64,000 nt of DNA, taken from contig NC_088854.1 of NCBI RefSeq assembly GCF_963853765.1, forward strand, positions 41,912,001 through 41,976,000. The letters run 5' to 3'. The translations under genes and the position numbers were made by a program. Positions 22,243-35,844 of this stretch are shown one piece after another (within the stretch, counting starts at the first letter, position 1; each line of letters opens with the position of its first letter). The notes under the pieces are model-generated. The model saw only the letters and a program-made list of their open reading frames with translations. It had not been told where the DNA came from and searched no databases. The DNA is from Magallana gigas. Its lineage: Eukaryota.

Positions 22243-25200
22243 ATGGCTGATGTTTTGAGCAATTTGAGACAGTACAACATCAACAAAAAAGAAATAAAAG
22301 AAGAAGATGATCAGGTCATATTTGGAGAACTTGCTTGGCCAAAGACTGTTAAGACGAACTACGTCATATATGGGTAAGAAAAGGTTGACAATGTGTTACG
22401 GAGCTGAATGTTTATTTGGAATACATGCATCGCATTTTTTTCTAGTAAAACAGAAAGCATGTTTGGGGGAAAAATGTGCTGTAGGCCTAATTAAATGTAA
22501 TTCAACCTAAAACGTATCGTCATTCTTTGTATTGATCAGGCTTATTTTTATTTCATAAGAACGGGTAAAGATGGAATTCCCAAAGAGTACTACACACTCG
22601 ATTGCATTCTGTTCCTGTTGAAAAATGTGCAACTTCAGCATGCCCTATACGTCAGAGAAGCTGCGGTAAGTGAAATGGTTAAGAATAATTAGTTGTGACA
22701 GAATATGCTGTTGAAATACATTAATTACACATTTTCTTTTGTACTCCTATTTGTCTGCAGATCTGTAGCACTATGGATTAATCCATGCTGACATGCCGCA
22801 GAGCTACAGTTTCACACATACAAACAGAATTGCAATTTACCTTGTGCTAAAACCAGCACTAGTTTTGGTTGTTTTGATCTTATTTACTTATGCAGATTTT
22901 ATTGAATGTTGATTAAACCAAAAAATTCTTCAGATATTTCCAATTACTTTACTTGCCTCTGACTTTTTAAAAATAGGTTCATTGAACACAGAAAATGAAG
23001 CATGTGTAGATCAAGAGTCGCTATTTTTACATGTGAACAAACCACATTATATCAATTATTGGGTGGGTTAGGAACAAGTTTAAAAGAATACCAAAGGCAT
23101 ATAAAGTGAAGACGAAATATCACTAATAACTTAAAAAATTGAATCTTTTAAATTTCTCTCTCAATCAAAAGTTTGTTTTGATGAAAATTGAAAATTCCAA
23201 TGTAAATATAAAGGAATAATGTTTTATAGAAATAACTGGAAAACGGCTTTCAGTTGTAGTCTGTGTTAAAACATTTGCAATGACTAGGGAGTATTCATTC
23301 AAAATTTTGTTTTTGCAGGCTAAAGGCGTACCAGTTGTTCGTCGTCCAGACAGAAAAGATTTACTGTCCTACCTTAATGGGGAAACAACTTCTTCAACCA
23401 ACATTGACAAAAGTGCTCCTCTTGAAATCCCCTTACAAAAGCCTCCACAAGGTAAAACATTGTAATAGAAAAAAGAGGAAAACTTTTTTCATAAAAGAGG
23501 ATCTATGACTTGATTTTAAAAGTCATCTTATGCTCTTTTAAAAGCCAAGAGAGGAGCAACAGATACACATGAAGGCGACAAAAAGAAACCCAGATTAGAG
23601 GTAATTTTGCAGTAATAAAATTTTGTTTAGTAAAAAAGACATTGTATATGTATTTCGGATGTTCTTTTGATTTACAATGTTGACATTTTGTGCACCATGA
23701 AATAGCTAATTTTTATACCCCCGCTCCGAAGAAGAGGGGGTATACTGTTTTACCCTTGTGTGTCTGTCTGTCTGTCTGTCCGTCTGTCTGTCCGTCCGTA
23801 ACAAAAATTTCTGTCGCATTTATCTCAGCAGCTATTTATCGCAGATGCTTGAAATTTTAACACAGTGTTTGGTAAGGCATGCCATATCGTGGGATATATT
23901 TTTGTACCAATCGGACGTCAACTTCCTGTTATATGACGACTTTGCTTATTTTTTAACCAAAATTTTCAAACAAATTTTCGTCAAAGAATTCTCAGCAACT
24001 GTGTATCGGAGATGCTTGAAATTTTTACACAGTATTTGTATAGGCATGCCATATCGTAGGATATATTTTTGTACCAATCAGACATCAACTTCCTGTTATA
24101 TGACGACTTTGTTTATTTTTAGCAAAACTTTTCAAACAAATTTTCGTCAAAGATTTTTCAGCAACTATTTATTGCAGATGCTTGAAATTTTTACACAATA
24201 TTTGTATAGGCATGCCATATCGTTTGATATATTTCTGTGCCAATTAGATATCAACTTCCTGTTAAATGACGACTTTGTTTATTTTTAGCCAAAATTTTCG
24301 AACAAATTTTCGTCAAAGATTTCTCAGCACCTATTTATCGCAGATGCTTGAAATTTTAACACACTATTTGTTTTGGCATGCCATATTGTGGGATATATTT
24401 TTGTATCAATCGGAGGTCAACTTCCTGTTAAATAATGACTTTGTTTATTTTTTCCCAACATTTTCATTCAAATTTTCGTCAAAGATTTCTCAGCAGCTAT
24501 TTATTGGAGATGCTTGAAATTTTTACACAGTGTTTGTTAAGGCATGCCATATCGTGGGATATATTTTTGTACCAATCGAACATCATCTTCCTGTTAAATG
24601 AGTATTTTGTTTATTTTAGCCAAAATTTTCAAACAAATTTTCCTCAAAGATTTCTTAGCAGCTATTTATCGCAGATGCTTGAAATTTTAACACACTATTT
24701 GTTTAGGCATGCCATATTGTGGGATATATTTCTGTACCAATCGGATGCCAGCTTTCTGTTAAATGTAGACTTTGCTTATTTTGCATATTCACATCAGAGC
24801 GGGGGTATCACTAGTGAGCATTGGCTCACAGATATCTTGTTGTTTCTTCCTAAATGTTAGTCTTTGTGATAAATACTAAATTGACAGAATAGACCTGAAA
24901 AAATGGTTAAGTAAAATCACATCTCATTTGATAAGGAAAAACAAGTACAAGAAGCAAGGTTGAACTGGATCAACAAAATCGATGCACCAAGGGAAACCGC
25001 AGTCCTTCAAGCAGCTTTAGCGTAAGGAACAAATTTATGTCTTATTCATAAATAAGTTATGTCAATTATATTAAAAAGATATTTGGACAGATTTTATTTA
25101 TAGGAAATTTTGAATAACCATGATGGATTTAAACTTTCATTGTATGAATAAAGTATTCTTGCATCATATTACATGTATGAATAAAGTATTGTTGCATCAT

Positions 25201-28200
25201 TTTACAGGTCTTCATCTCTACCAGAGGCCATGCCTCTTGAAAAGATTGCAGCCATCAAAGCTAAAAGGTTGGCCAAAAAGCGAACAATGATCAAAGTGGA
25301 TGAGAATGACATACAGACAGGGGCCCTAGAGCAGAGGAGCTTTGTCGACGCTGAAGTAGATGTAACCAGAGACATCGTCAGCAGAGAACGGTTATGGCGA
25401 ACAAGAACCACAATTTTACAGAGTCAAGGAAAAGTATGTATTAATAAGATTTTCCTTTCGTAACAGGAGTTACATAAAATTTTTGTAATTTAACTATTTA
25501 TTTTTGAAAAGGTAAAGTGGAAATACTAGTACACATTTTGCCTCTAGATATTGATGGTACTCAACCACTATACAATGTAAATGTATATCGTTATTAAACT
25601 AATTCACAAGCTTAAAATCTATATGTATACATTGTGTCTTCAGTCTATTTGAAGTTTCTTCATCTATGTTGTGTTTATTCCAATGGATTTTGTAAAGAAA
25701 CATGATTTTTCCAGCAATTTGCAAAGAACATCTTTGGAATTCTACAGTCAATAAAAGCCCGAGAGGAAGGCACCCAGAAACATCATCCTGCTCCCCATAC
25801 TCCCTCAGTGGTAGGTTCATGTTGTGTAGTCATAGTGTAGGTACCACCTGGTTTTGTTGGTTTCATACACTATAAAGGCCATTCAATAAGAAAGTTGTTT
25901 TACATTTATTGAAGGGTAAACAACATGTTAATGAATCAGTGTTTAAAGACAGTTTAAAGATTTAAAAGAAATGATAGAAATATTTTTAGAGTGTTGATTT
26001 TGATAGGAAATTATGGCATGGGATAAATAAAATTTGCATCAATATGTTTATCTGTAAATTTAATTTTGGATAAAATAGTTGGTATTGTGGGCTTTTGTTT
26101 TGTATGGTTGTAATATAAGGTAGTTCAGAAAAAACCCCAAAAACATGATGGGTTTGTAAATAGACAATTGATTATTGGTTGAAATCCCCAACCTCCACCC
26201 ACCCTAGAAAAGTAATGTTATATAGTTTCTTCTTATATGCATTGCTGTATGTGACCACTTTCTTGCCTATGTTGTAGGCTCCAGCTAAACCTCCCCAGCC
26301 AGTCGCTGGATACAACAGATACAACCAAGAGTCTTTCAAAAGCAAAGAAGGTATCTATTTTTTCATGCTAAAGCAAACAAAGAAGTTATCTATATGTATG
26401 TGCAGTGGGTGGAAAATGCTCTAGAGTTTAGAGTGTGCATTTACTACATTTTAAAGTGTTATAAGATTAAGCATGTGGGGAAAAAATGGAATTGCACAAA
26501 TCAAGATTAACATGTATGAAAATCAGGTTTTGAAAGTATCACATGAGGATGTTTTTACTTTAAGCATGAACTGCATGTGTTTGATAGTTTAATTAAGATG
26601 GCTAATGTTGAAATTCTAATTGCAGACACTGGAGAATTCCAGATTGATACCAACAGATCTTACCACAAGATGACCCTCAAGTTTGTGACGGAGGGTGGAC
26701 CCTCACAGAAGAAACGCCCCGAACCTCAAAGACCGCAACCCCAGCCAATGTCAAGGCCAGTCTCACAGGCCCGGCCGCCACCCAATCAGAAAAAAGGTAT
26801 GATCTTAAACTACCCAATTAGAAAAAAGCATGGCATTTTGTAACGTACGTTTACTTTTGGTTTTGATAATTTTAAATAGTCAGATTATTTTTTTTTTCAA
26901 AATTGCCTCTTACATGTACAGGGATGTAAAATTTATTTTCACTATCGGACATTTTGATCGTGAATGAATTTAATTATGGTGTATTTTTAGCTTGGTTAAG
27001 ACAGAACCAAAGGCAATATGATAAGATAATATTCTTTATCATCTGTATCCTCAAAAAACACAACCTAATGCCAGAAAAATGCCAAATTAAAATGTTCATG
27101 TATTTATAGTTTGCTGGTGTATGTAAATTACAAAATCAAAGGCCGGAACGGCCACAAAGGCGTCGAGCTGACATTTTTTTCTTTTATATAGAATGATACC
27201 AATAATTTGAATTTCTGTACTAATAGTCATATCAAATAATATTAGACTTAGAATAGAAAGTAAATGAATTATGTTTTCTGCTGCTTTAAAAACAAAAATC
27301 AGTATATTTTCTTATAAAATAGGTAGTGGTGCTTTTTTAATACAATAACTCATCATAATTGCAAAAATCGAAGAAATTTCAAAGTTTAAAAATAATTTGT
27401 TTCTTTCTGCTTCAAACAGTCTTTGAACAACTTTCACAGGTTCATAATTTGAATACATGAACAGTGTGTCCCTAATAATAATAATAAAACATACATTTAT
27501 TTACTTCAATTCCCGTTTGAAACAAGATTTCCTATGGTATGGTTGTTTACAAACAAATCCACAACACGTGCTATCTAAAATGCTCGACCAAACTAACTGC
27601 ATTATCGAGTTTATTTTTTGCAACGAAATTACTAGATACGTTTATCGCTTACATTTATTTTGGAGACCGTGCCCGATAACAAATAAATTTACATCTAAAA
27701 TGTTATTTCTATCGGGCACGGTCTCCAATTAAAATGTAAGCGATAAACTAAAATAATATCTAGTGAATCTTTACACTTAGGCCTGATTGTATTCATCCGC
27801 CATTTCTTGATTAAGCAAATTTATTATTATGCAATGAGTTGTCAATCACCAGGGAGGCAAAGTTGGGTTTTTTGTACACAATTTAGTCGAATAAATGGAA
27901 AAAAAATCTTGTAATACGTTTAATACTTTTAGAAACATATTTCTTATGCGCATTTAAAAGGCGGTGCAGCGCGTGAATTTTTGGACGATTGCCAATCCAG
28001 ACGATCGCTAGAAGGCTGCCGAGCATTAGCTCGACGCCTTAAAAAATCATGAACAAAAGTGTTTGATGTGTCACACTGGAGTAATACATTGTAATTGTGT
28101 TCAACAATTACATGTATGTCCCTTAGAAAATGAGCATGAGAGAAGAGAGTTTTTACCCAACATAAGTTTAGTATGGTTTTTCCCATCGTCGGAAACCCAT

Positions 28201-29862
28201 GGTCGGTCTCGCTTCTCTTAAGAGAAGCGAGACCGACCGTGGGTTTCCAACGATGGGTTTTTCCATGCTTTCTATTGATTATTTACAGGCTCCAGAACAC
28301 CTATTATTATCATCCCAGCAGCAACTACATCACTTATCACCATGTTCAATGCAAAAGACGTACTTCAAGATCTAAGGTACATGAGAATTTCACTAACAAA
28401 TTTTTTGTAGTATTTAACACCTCACATGAAATTTTACTTATATGATAAAGTTTTTAAGTATTTATATTGATACATTATTATCTGAATATTTGTTTGTACA
28501 TGTATTAAGAGTTTTCTGTAATTTCCTTGAACAGATTTGTGAGCACGGACGAGAAGAAGGCACAGGGCACCAAACGAGACAATGAAGTCTTGATCCAGAG
28601 AAGAAAGTCAGGGGGACTAACTGTGCCATACCGTGTCATTGATAATCCCCTCAAACTCTCTCAAGACGACTGGTAATGCTTCAAAACAGTCAACATTTTA
28701 TTCGATTAGCTTTTACTGGATTGATGCATTTTTTACAATCTGCTCTTTTGATACTTTTCAGGGAAAGGGTTGTAGCAGTTTTTGTACAGGGTCCAGCTTG
28801 GCAGTTTAAAAACTGGCCTTGGAATGGTAACCCAGTGGAAATATTCTCAAAAGGTAAAATCTTATGCTGGTTAATGGTATTATAAACAGTGTCAATGAAT
28901 TTTATTCTGATGGACCTCTGTATGTTTGTGTACATGTATGTCTTCGTGTGGCGGAGATATGAAAATAATAGTTGTTTGTCTCTGTTTGAAATTTTAGTCC
29001 TTGCTTGGAACTCTCTTTTTAATATCGGTACTCTGTCCTATTTTGTAAATGTTATGTGTTGCTAGTTTATTTCTTTTCACAATAGTACACAAAATTAAAC
29101 TTCATTAGTTACCATGAAATGTGGAAAAACCATGTAAAATCCTCTTTCTCTACATGTATACATGTATACTATCAGTTATTTGATGAAATTTTATCAGAAA
29201 ATATGAAAGGCAAAAGTATTGCTTATCAACATTTAAAAATGAAAAAATTATTTTGCAGTCAAAGCATTTCATTTGAAGTGGGCAGAACTTCCTTTGGAAG
29301 CCAACGTATCCAAGTGGGCAGTTACAGTGTTAAATCTGGACCGCATGAGGCGCCATCTTGACAGAGCCACACTCAACATGTTTTGGGAAGTGTTGGACAA
29401 GTATGTATTTACTGGTCGGCCATTGTCGTTCATTCACTGCTGTATCAATGCTGCATCTACACACTTCCTTGAAATTTTTACTTACTGTTGATTGGCAAAT
29501 AATCACGATGGTTTTAATTTCACTATGTTCGCAATGTAATATTTTCCCGCGAAATTAAACCATTAGTTTTCAAAAACGTTTCAATGCTTATATTCTGATC
29601 AATTGATTTATAAGCAGCGTGAAATTAAAACCATCGCGATTGGTACTTTAATAGAAATCGCGAAATTTTAACACCGTGGAATTAAAACGACTTACAGTAA
29701 ATAAACACACTGTGCTGTGTATACAATCCAAATCAAATAATGCCTTGACACTGTGACAAGCTGTAATTTTACTTTCACAGATACTAATAACCACTGATGA
29801 TGATTTCTTGTTAAAACTCTTTCAGGTACATGGCAAAAGAGAAGCCTCATTTGCGATATTGA
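22243..29862 (+). CDS. CDC73: Parafibromin (PAF1 complex subunit), 14 coding exons, 524 aa
   Basis: Exons 22243-22373, 22560-22665, 23319-23451, 23545-23600, 24936-25021, 25208-25433, 25715-25810, 26278-26350, 26626-26796, 28289-28376, 28535-28672, 28762-28853, 29259-29400, 29826-29862. Motifs: N-terminal [50 protein letters not shown]. Confidence 0.96.
23712..24842 (+). mobile_element. Helentron-associated non-autonomous element (HINE-type) with ~5.7 copies of a ~166-bp Cg170-like satellite
   Basis: 5' ttatacccccgctc subTIR plus inverted repeat, (GTCT/GTCC)n microsatellite, tandem units starting at 23824, 23991, 24157, 24323, 24489 and 24654, 3' subTIR gagcgggggtatc, and terminal hairpin gtgagc-attg-gctcac. 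Confidence 0.85.
27641..27747. repeat. Inverted repeat (hairpin) in CDC73 intron 9
   Basis: tttatcgcttacattt...ggagaccgtgcccgata ... tatcgggcacggtctcc...aaatgtaagcgataaa. Confidence 0.7.
28182..28257. repeat. 76-bp near-perfect GC-rich palindrome just upstream of CDC73 exon 10
   Basis: cccatcgtcggaaacccatggtcggtctcgcttctct|taa|gagaagcgagaccgaccgtgggtttccaacgatggg, with two mismatches (one a G-U wobble in RNA). Confidence 0.85.
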
Positions 29863-30218
29863 TAGGAGACTGTGGATGTATTCTATTGACTGTAAATATC
29901 TACTGAGGATAACAAACCCTGCTTGTGCTGTCCCTTTGCAATATGTGACTTGATGACTGGGTGTAAAAACAAGAGACGGAAAAATATGTATATGGGGGAA
30001 GAAACCATTCTGTCATATGCTATAATTGTGTACATACAAATTGAAAAATGAAATAAAATCAAAAATGGAATTGATTTTTTTAAAGGTTTTGTTGTATAAA
30101 CTCTCCAGATATCAGGATGAAAAAGGTTCTGTTGTTGAATAAAAAATCATAGAAATACATGTAAAGGATTTTGTTCCATGAAATTTCTCTACATTGCACA
30201 TGAGTGCAATTCCATTTT

Positions 30219-30422
30219 CTGTGGTTTCATTAATATTCGTGGGCATCAATTTTCGGGTATAAAGTGAAAATCACAGTTTCAAGGACACATAAATTTGTAG
30301 TCAATGATCCTATCAATACAAAATGTTAATAGAAATTGTACTTCAATGAACATTAAATTTCGTGGATTAACATAACGAGATCCACGAAAATTGGTGTTCA
30401 ACGAATATTGATGAAACCACAG
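30219..30422. mobile_element. Tc1/mariner-type MITE
   Basis: ctgtggtttcattaatattcgt ... acgaatattgatgaaaccacag, followed by TA. Confidence 0.75.
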
Positions 30423-31054
30423 TATGTAATTATTAGAAACCACAATCATACCTGCTAGTCCTAACTTCACTAAACTTGCACAGAGGGTACATCTGGGCAT
30501 ACTTAAGGACTGGTCAAAGAATTTCATTTTGAAACTTTTTTTGTAACTTGTAACGTTTAGTAATTTGCACTATTTACAGTTGCAAAAATATTTTCTTTGA
30601 TGAACCTATAGAAAAGCAAGAGTGTTCAATTTTGCACGAGCTTTTTAATGATGTCACAATGACTACCCAGTACCCCACACACTTATAGTATGACAGCTAT
30701 GTAAATAATTTGGTTCATTTGGTAAGTAATAATCAGCAAGTTAAATGCTCAAAATCTTCAGACAAGCCTTTCGGGCTTCACAGGATTTGATCACTTGATC
30801 ATTGACCAACCAAGTTCAAATCCAAGTGAACTTTTCAACTTGCTGTTTATTTCTTAAATAAATGGAAGTACTGTAACATTAAGTACTGGTTTATAATGGT
30901 AGATCAAAATAAAAAATGTAGAAATTATTTTTATTTTACAGTAGTTCCCCATTGAAAAAAGCAAAGGTAATTTCAAATCATCAGATCAATGCATTGTCTT
31001 TTTTAAAAATATCCCCCCCCCCCCCCAAAAAAAAGGTGGCACAATCCTTAAATT

Positions 31055-31495
31055 AACAAGAATAGAATTCCTGGGTCCCCCGCCAGTCAAGCAGTATACT
31101 AGTATCGAGTCAATCGACCAATGCTGATTTTCGAACTTGACCAAGGTAATAGGTGTATAAACATTTGGTATAAATGTAATGAAAATCTGTCAAAATTTGT
31201 AGGCATGAGAGCGCTAATTTTTGGATAAAACAGAGTCATTATTGTGGTCAGAGTCCCATAACTCCAACAAAAAGTATCGACCAATGCTGATTTTCGAACT
31301 TGACCAAGGTAATAGGTGTATAAACATTTGGTATAAATGTAATGAAAATCTGTCAAAATTTGTAGGCATGAGAGCGCTTACAAAAAAGTGTGACGGACGG
31401 ACGCACGGACACAAAGACACACGGACACACAGACCCACGGACGGACGCCCGGCATTTCTATGTCCCCGCTCCGCGTTGCGGCAGGGGACAAAAAA
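31055..31495 (-). mobile_element. HINE-type element with ~163-bp internal tandem repeat
   Basis: Minus strand: ttttgtcccctgccgcaacgcggagcggggac (subTIR+IR), (GTCC/GTGT)n tract, repeats at 31113 and 31276, 3' gcggggac...cttgtt. Confidence 0.75.
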
Positions 31496-31659
31496 TAACA
31501 AGATAGCCTCAGTACATGTACCTGGTACATATGTAGAATTGTACATATATGTTCAAACAATTTTCATTTTTACAAGACAAGTGTTCCTTTCTGCATGTAG
31601 TTCAACATGCCTTTCATTATCAAACAAATAGAAGAAGAAAGAAAAATCAAAAATTCATT

Positions 31660-32124
31660 TCACTTTATTCCAGTATTAGAAATAAGTTTTGCAATTATTC
31701 TTTGAGCTTTTTCATCAATCATACATTCATCTGCGTCTCGAGCTAGAAAGCTCTTTTCACGTGGAGACACTTTTTCCGACAAATTAATTGGGTCTTTTTC
31801 TGTCACCAAAATGTTTTCTTCTAATCTCACAGCTATTCCTTTGAATAAAGAAAGATTTTCTGGGATGTACTCTGGTCGCAAATATAAACCTAAAATAAAC
31901 AGAACAATTTTTATTCAGAATAAGACACAATAAATTGATGAAAATGGTATAAATCAAATTAATTGACACAATACACTGTGATAAAGTAAAATCATTTACA
32001 TGTTTGTGTTGGGGATAGCATCCAAAGAGTATATTCCCACAGAAAATTGATGAGTTTGACATTTCTTTTTCCTTTTGGTTGATTTTAAATGTAACATATA
32101 CATGTGTATATAAATATCTGCTAC

Positions 32125-32161
<37 letters not shown>

Positions 32162-35100
32162 ATTATATTTTACTATACAATTAGTAAGTGTATAAAATGA
32201 TGTTTGATTTCCACAAGAGCTTGTAACCACCTCACCTGGTTCTATGGTTAACACAGTGCCTGGCTGTAACTTTTTTTCCTTCGATACTAATGGTGTATCA
32301 TGAAGATCCATTCCAAGATAATGGCCTACATGATGAGGACAGAACCTGTCAGCCCCCTACAAAAAATGATAAAACTCTCCATAAACATATTTCCAAAATA
32401 TTAATATTTTGAAAGATAACACAATGTCAATAGAGCCACAGGCTTTCGATAAAAAAAATGCTAATTTATTCATTTGAAACCTGGTTAAAGGGATACACAA
32501 CATACCCGGTATATTTGAATGAAAAAAATCAAAATATGATAAACATATATCCAGCATACCGGTATATTAATGTTAATGTTGTTCAAATATGAACATTTGC
32601 ATGTTATAAAAAAATGCCAAGGGAAAAAAAAAAAATAGCCCATATTAACCCTATCAAACTGCTTCCCCTCAAGTTTTAAGTCCAAGAACCCCATGACTTG
32701 GAGGTATTCCCCGATGATTGTTATCATCCTCCTGTATATGTCATTCAGGCTGTATTGTGGTGTACACATCTGAATACATGCCTCCTGTACGAGTTGTACA
32801 AGTCCAATGATGACCTTCTGCTCATAGGTCAAATCTGTGGAGATATTAGGAAACTCAAAAATTACTCAGCAATGACATGGTGGTCTTTGACATATGCTTT
32901 ATCTTATTTACTACAAAATTTTCCCCCCAAAAAAACAAGAAATGCTTTTGATACATACAATGTTTATGCTGACTTGTGGCAAATATGAAATAAGTCAACC
33001 TTTTTCCAAGAATTTTGTAACTTTTTTTTATGACAATACCGGTATATATTTTACATCCAAAATAGTTTAACCCTTGACCTATTAACATTTGACCTCAAAA
33101 TCAATAGGGGTACCAGTGTGTCAAGTTTGATGTCCTTTCAAAGATTCTCAAGAAATTGAGTAGGCAACACTTAATCAAACTGTTTGACCTAATGAAATGA
33201 AAATGAAGAGGGGTCTTCTACTCCCTAAGTGGCACCAATGTTTCAAGTTTTGCACCAATTTTTGACATCTATATTTCTTGCAAAGAGTTCCAAGAGATAC
33301 AGGTCAGGAAACTTGGTCTATTGACCAAGAGATGTAAAACAATACGCCCTCTTTATTTTTGCCACACTTTATAAATGCTCTACCACAGTACTTGAAAAAT
33401 TGAGGACCCTCGTGATATCCGTGGTATATCCCTTGTATTCACAGCCAGCATCTATCAGCAGAAGCTCTCTTGGGTCTATCTTGTAGTTGTTTTGTACATA
33501 GTGTATTGTGGTTCCTCTGTTGCCTCCTACAATTAAACAAAAAATTACCGGTACATGTAATTTCTTTATTAAAAAGAAATTTAGAAGCTGTAATAAAATT
33601 AAAGGCAGTTAAGGACAATAGTTTTGGGCTCAGAGTGTTAAGATGGATTTTTGTGTAATAAGAACTAGAAGAAGTAATACCATATGCATCCAATATATTG
33701 ATAATGCCCTATTGGAATAGAGGGGTAGTTAGGCATACAAAAATGAGTTTTGTTTGTTGTGCCAAAAATTTCAAAAAAATTAAAAATGCAATCGGCAGGT
33801 TTTTCTATAATTTAATTTTTTGGGCAAGGTTTGCAAAGGGGAATACCGGTAGATTTTATCTTAAAATTGAAAAATGAGTTATTCCCCTTTTTAAAATGGC
33901 AATAATATAATGTTGAAGCCTTTGACCTGAGGAGCAAAAGAATGAATACATTACCAGTATTTTTTTTTTTTGGCCTTATAAAAGATTTGGCCTCACTAAA
34001 AATTACCTGCAATAACAGGAATATACGCTAGTCGCCCTCCATTCAACTGACAGACATATTCCATTACTGCTTGAATTTCATACTCAAACAAAGGACTGTT
34101 CTGAAAAAAGATTAATTTACCAGGAGATGTATATATATTCTCAGTATTTGATACAAAGTTCAAAACAACTCTGTCTAACAATTGAGACAGATGCTTGGAA
34201 GCTGAAAAAGGATGGACGGTCATTTCCATTTAAAGACTTTTTTTAACTCTCAGGAAAAGAAGAGATATGTTTAATTAATGTATCAAAATATGTATAAATT
34301 AGTTCAAATAATAAGCTACAAAAATCTAGAAACTTCCTTTACAAAATGATACCAGTATATAATACCGGTAGTCAGAAAAATCACATTTAATATTTTTCCG
34401 TGCGAGACCAAACTGCTGACCTTTGACCTCTTTGACTGCCATTCATCAATCATGTGATCAACAGCAGCAAACGCTGCCTCGGTTATCTCCATACTTTTCC
34501 TTATGAGAGCGATTTCACCTGGCGATTTTACTACTCGAAGCGACTGAACGAAGAGATCACAGCTCTCAAGTTTCTTGTACTTTCCCTGCCGCAAAAAATC
34601 GGCCATCACTGATTTATGAAAATCTGGATTTACAGCCTTTTGGTAGTTATACCACAGAGAAAATTTACTATTATCTGTCACAAAAGTAGACAGGAAACTA
34701 GCAATGTCTTTTGTGAACTTCACTTCATCAACTCCTGTTGATCTTGCTATACTGTCTTCACCCTCAAATTCACCGTCCCAGATTCTCTGATGCTCAAAAG
34801 GTTGAGGAACAAACAAAATCGATTTGAAATTCTCTTCTTTTCCTGATTCAGTGAACAAGATTAAAACACAGTTTGGCTTTGGATAGCCACAGAGATAGTT
34901 GAAGTCTGTATTCTGTCGGAAGGGGTAGAGAATTTGGTCGCTATAGTATGCCGGGGGCGCAGCTGGGACACAGAGGAGGAGGTTACGAGAAGTTCTCCAA
35001 GGTTCACTATCCAAACACAGCTTTATCAAATTCTTCCTTCTAGTTTTGTATTCTTCTACTGTAATATCTGATGGATCCTTTGAAAGCCCTTCGAGTTTTG

Positions 35101-35527
35101 GTGAAAGATAGCTGGTGGAAATCCTTCTAAAGTGATTCTTGAAAATGGAAAGGGAACGGAATCCTTCTATTCAAAGGAAAAAAGGAGTAATGAGAAAAAA
35201 CTATCAACATTCACTCATTTGTAAGTTTATTAATCTGAAATTAATAGACTTTTTTTTCAAATTGTATTAGTATTATGAATGTTCATTATTAATGTAACTT
35301 TGATAGAAAAAAACATTTCAAAATAATCCCAAAATATTATGAAAAATCTAAGGGGAATAACTCTGTGGTATTTAAAATACAAAAGAAATTCTGAAATATT
35401 TCTGAAGAGGGAAAACTGAAACAGAGAATTCATTACAGGGATTTGGAAAAATAACAATCAATAAAATCAAACAAACAGAATCAAACCTACATGAAACTTC
35501 AACAAACTTACTTTGTAAAGCCATCAT
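31660..35527 (-). CDS. XPNPEP3: Xaa-Pro aminopeptidase 3 (mitochondrial intermediate cleaving peptidase, M24B), 7 coding exons, ~508 aa
   Basis: Exons (minus) 35527-35512, 35166-34421, 34100-34007, 33526-33392, 32834-32650, 32356-32236, 31889-31660. Presequence-like N-terminus [20 protein letters not shown]. Motifs [24 protein letters not shown], and metal ligands in [31 protein letters not shown]. The donor at 33392 is weak and is the least certain boundary. Confidence 0.9.
32127..32158. repeat. (CT)16 microsatellite
   Basis: Read directly. Confidence 0.95.
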
Positions 35528-35844
35528 GAAAAGAGTTACTTAAACCTAATTCAAATCAACATCCTGTCGTAAGCTTCCATGGTTGACATGTCTTGTTTTT
35601 TAGTCTTGGCCTGTAAAAAAAAATTAACATAGAACATTTTTACATTTTAGTAACAACAATAACATATGTGTATTTTCAATTACCTTAGTGTAGAAGTGCT
35701 TATTATTGCATTGTTTAGCCTTTATGGAACATACATTGTAAGATACATACCGGTATATATACATTGATAAGACTTCATGACAATAGAATCATGGGGCAAA
35801 TTTTTGTGTAGCCCACTATTTTTCCCTCTCATTGACAATAAGTT

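Noticed and set aside
23758-24860. Three long ORFs (176, 83 and 141 aa)
   Set aside because: They are translations of the 166-bp satellite array; the peptide repeats with the DNA period.
25141-25206. 33-bp tandem duplication at the CDC73 exon 6 acceptor as an alternative splice site
   Set aside because: The upstream copy ends in ACAT, not ACAG, so it creates no second acceptor.
20666-31104. TACTAGTA as a third footprint class
   Set aside because: I saw only three copies (20666, 25524, 31097), about the random expectation.
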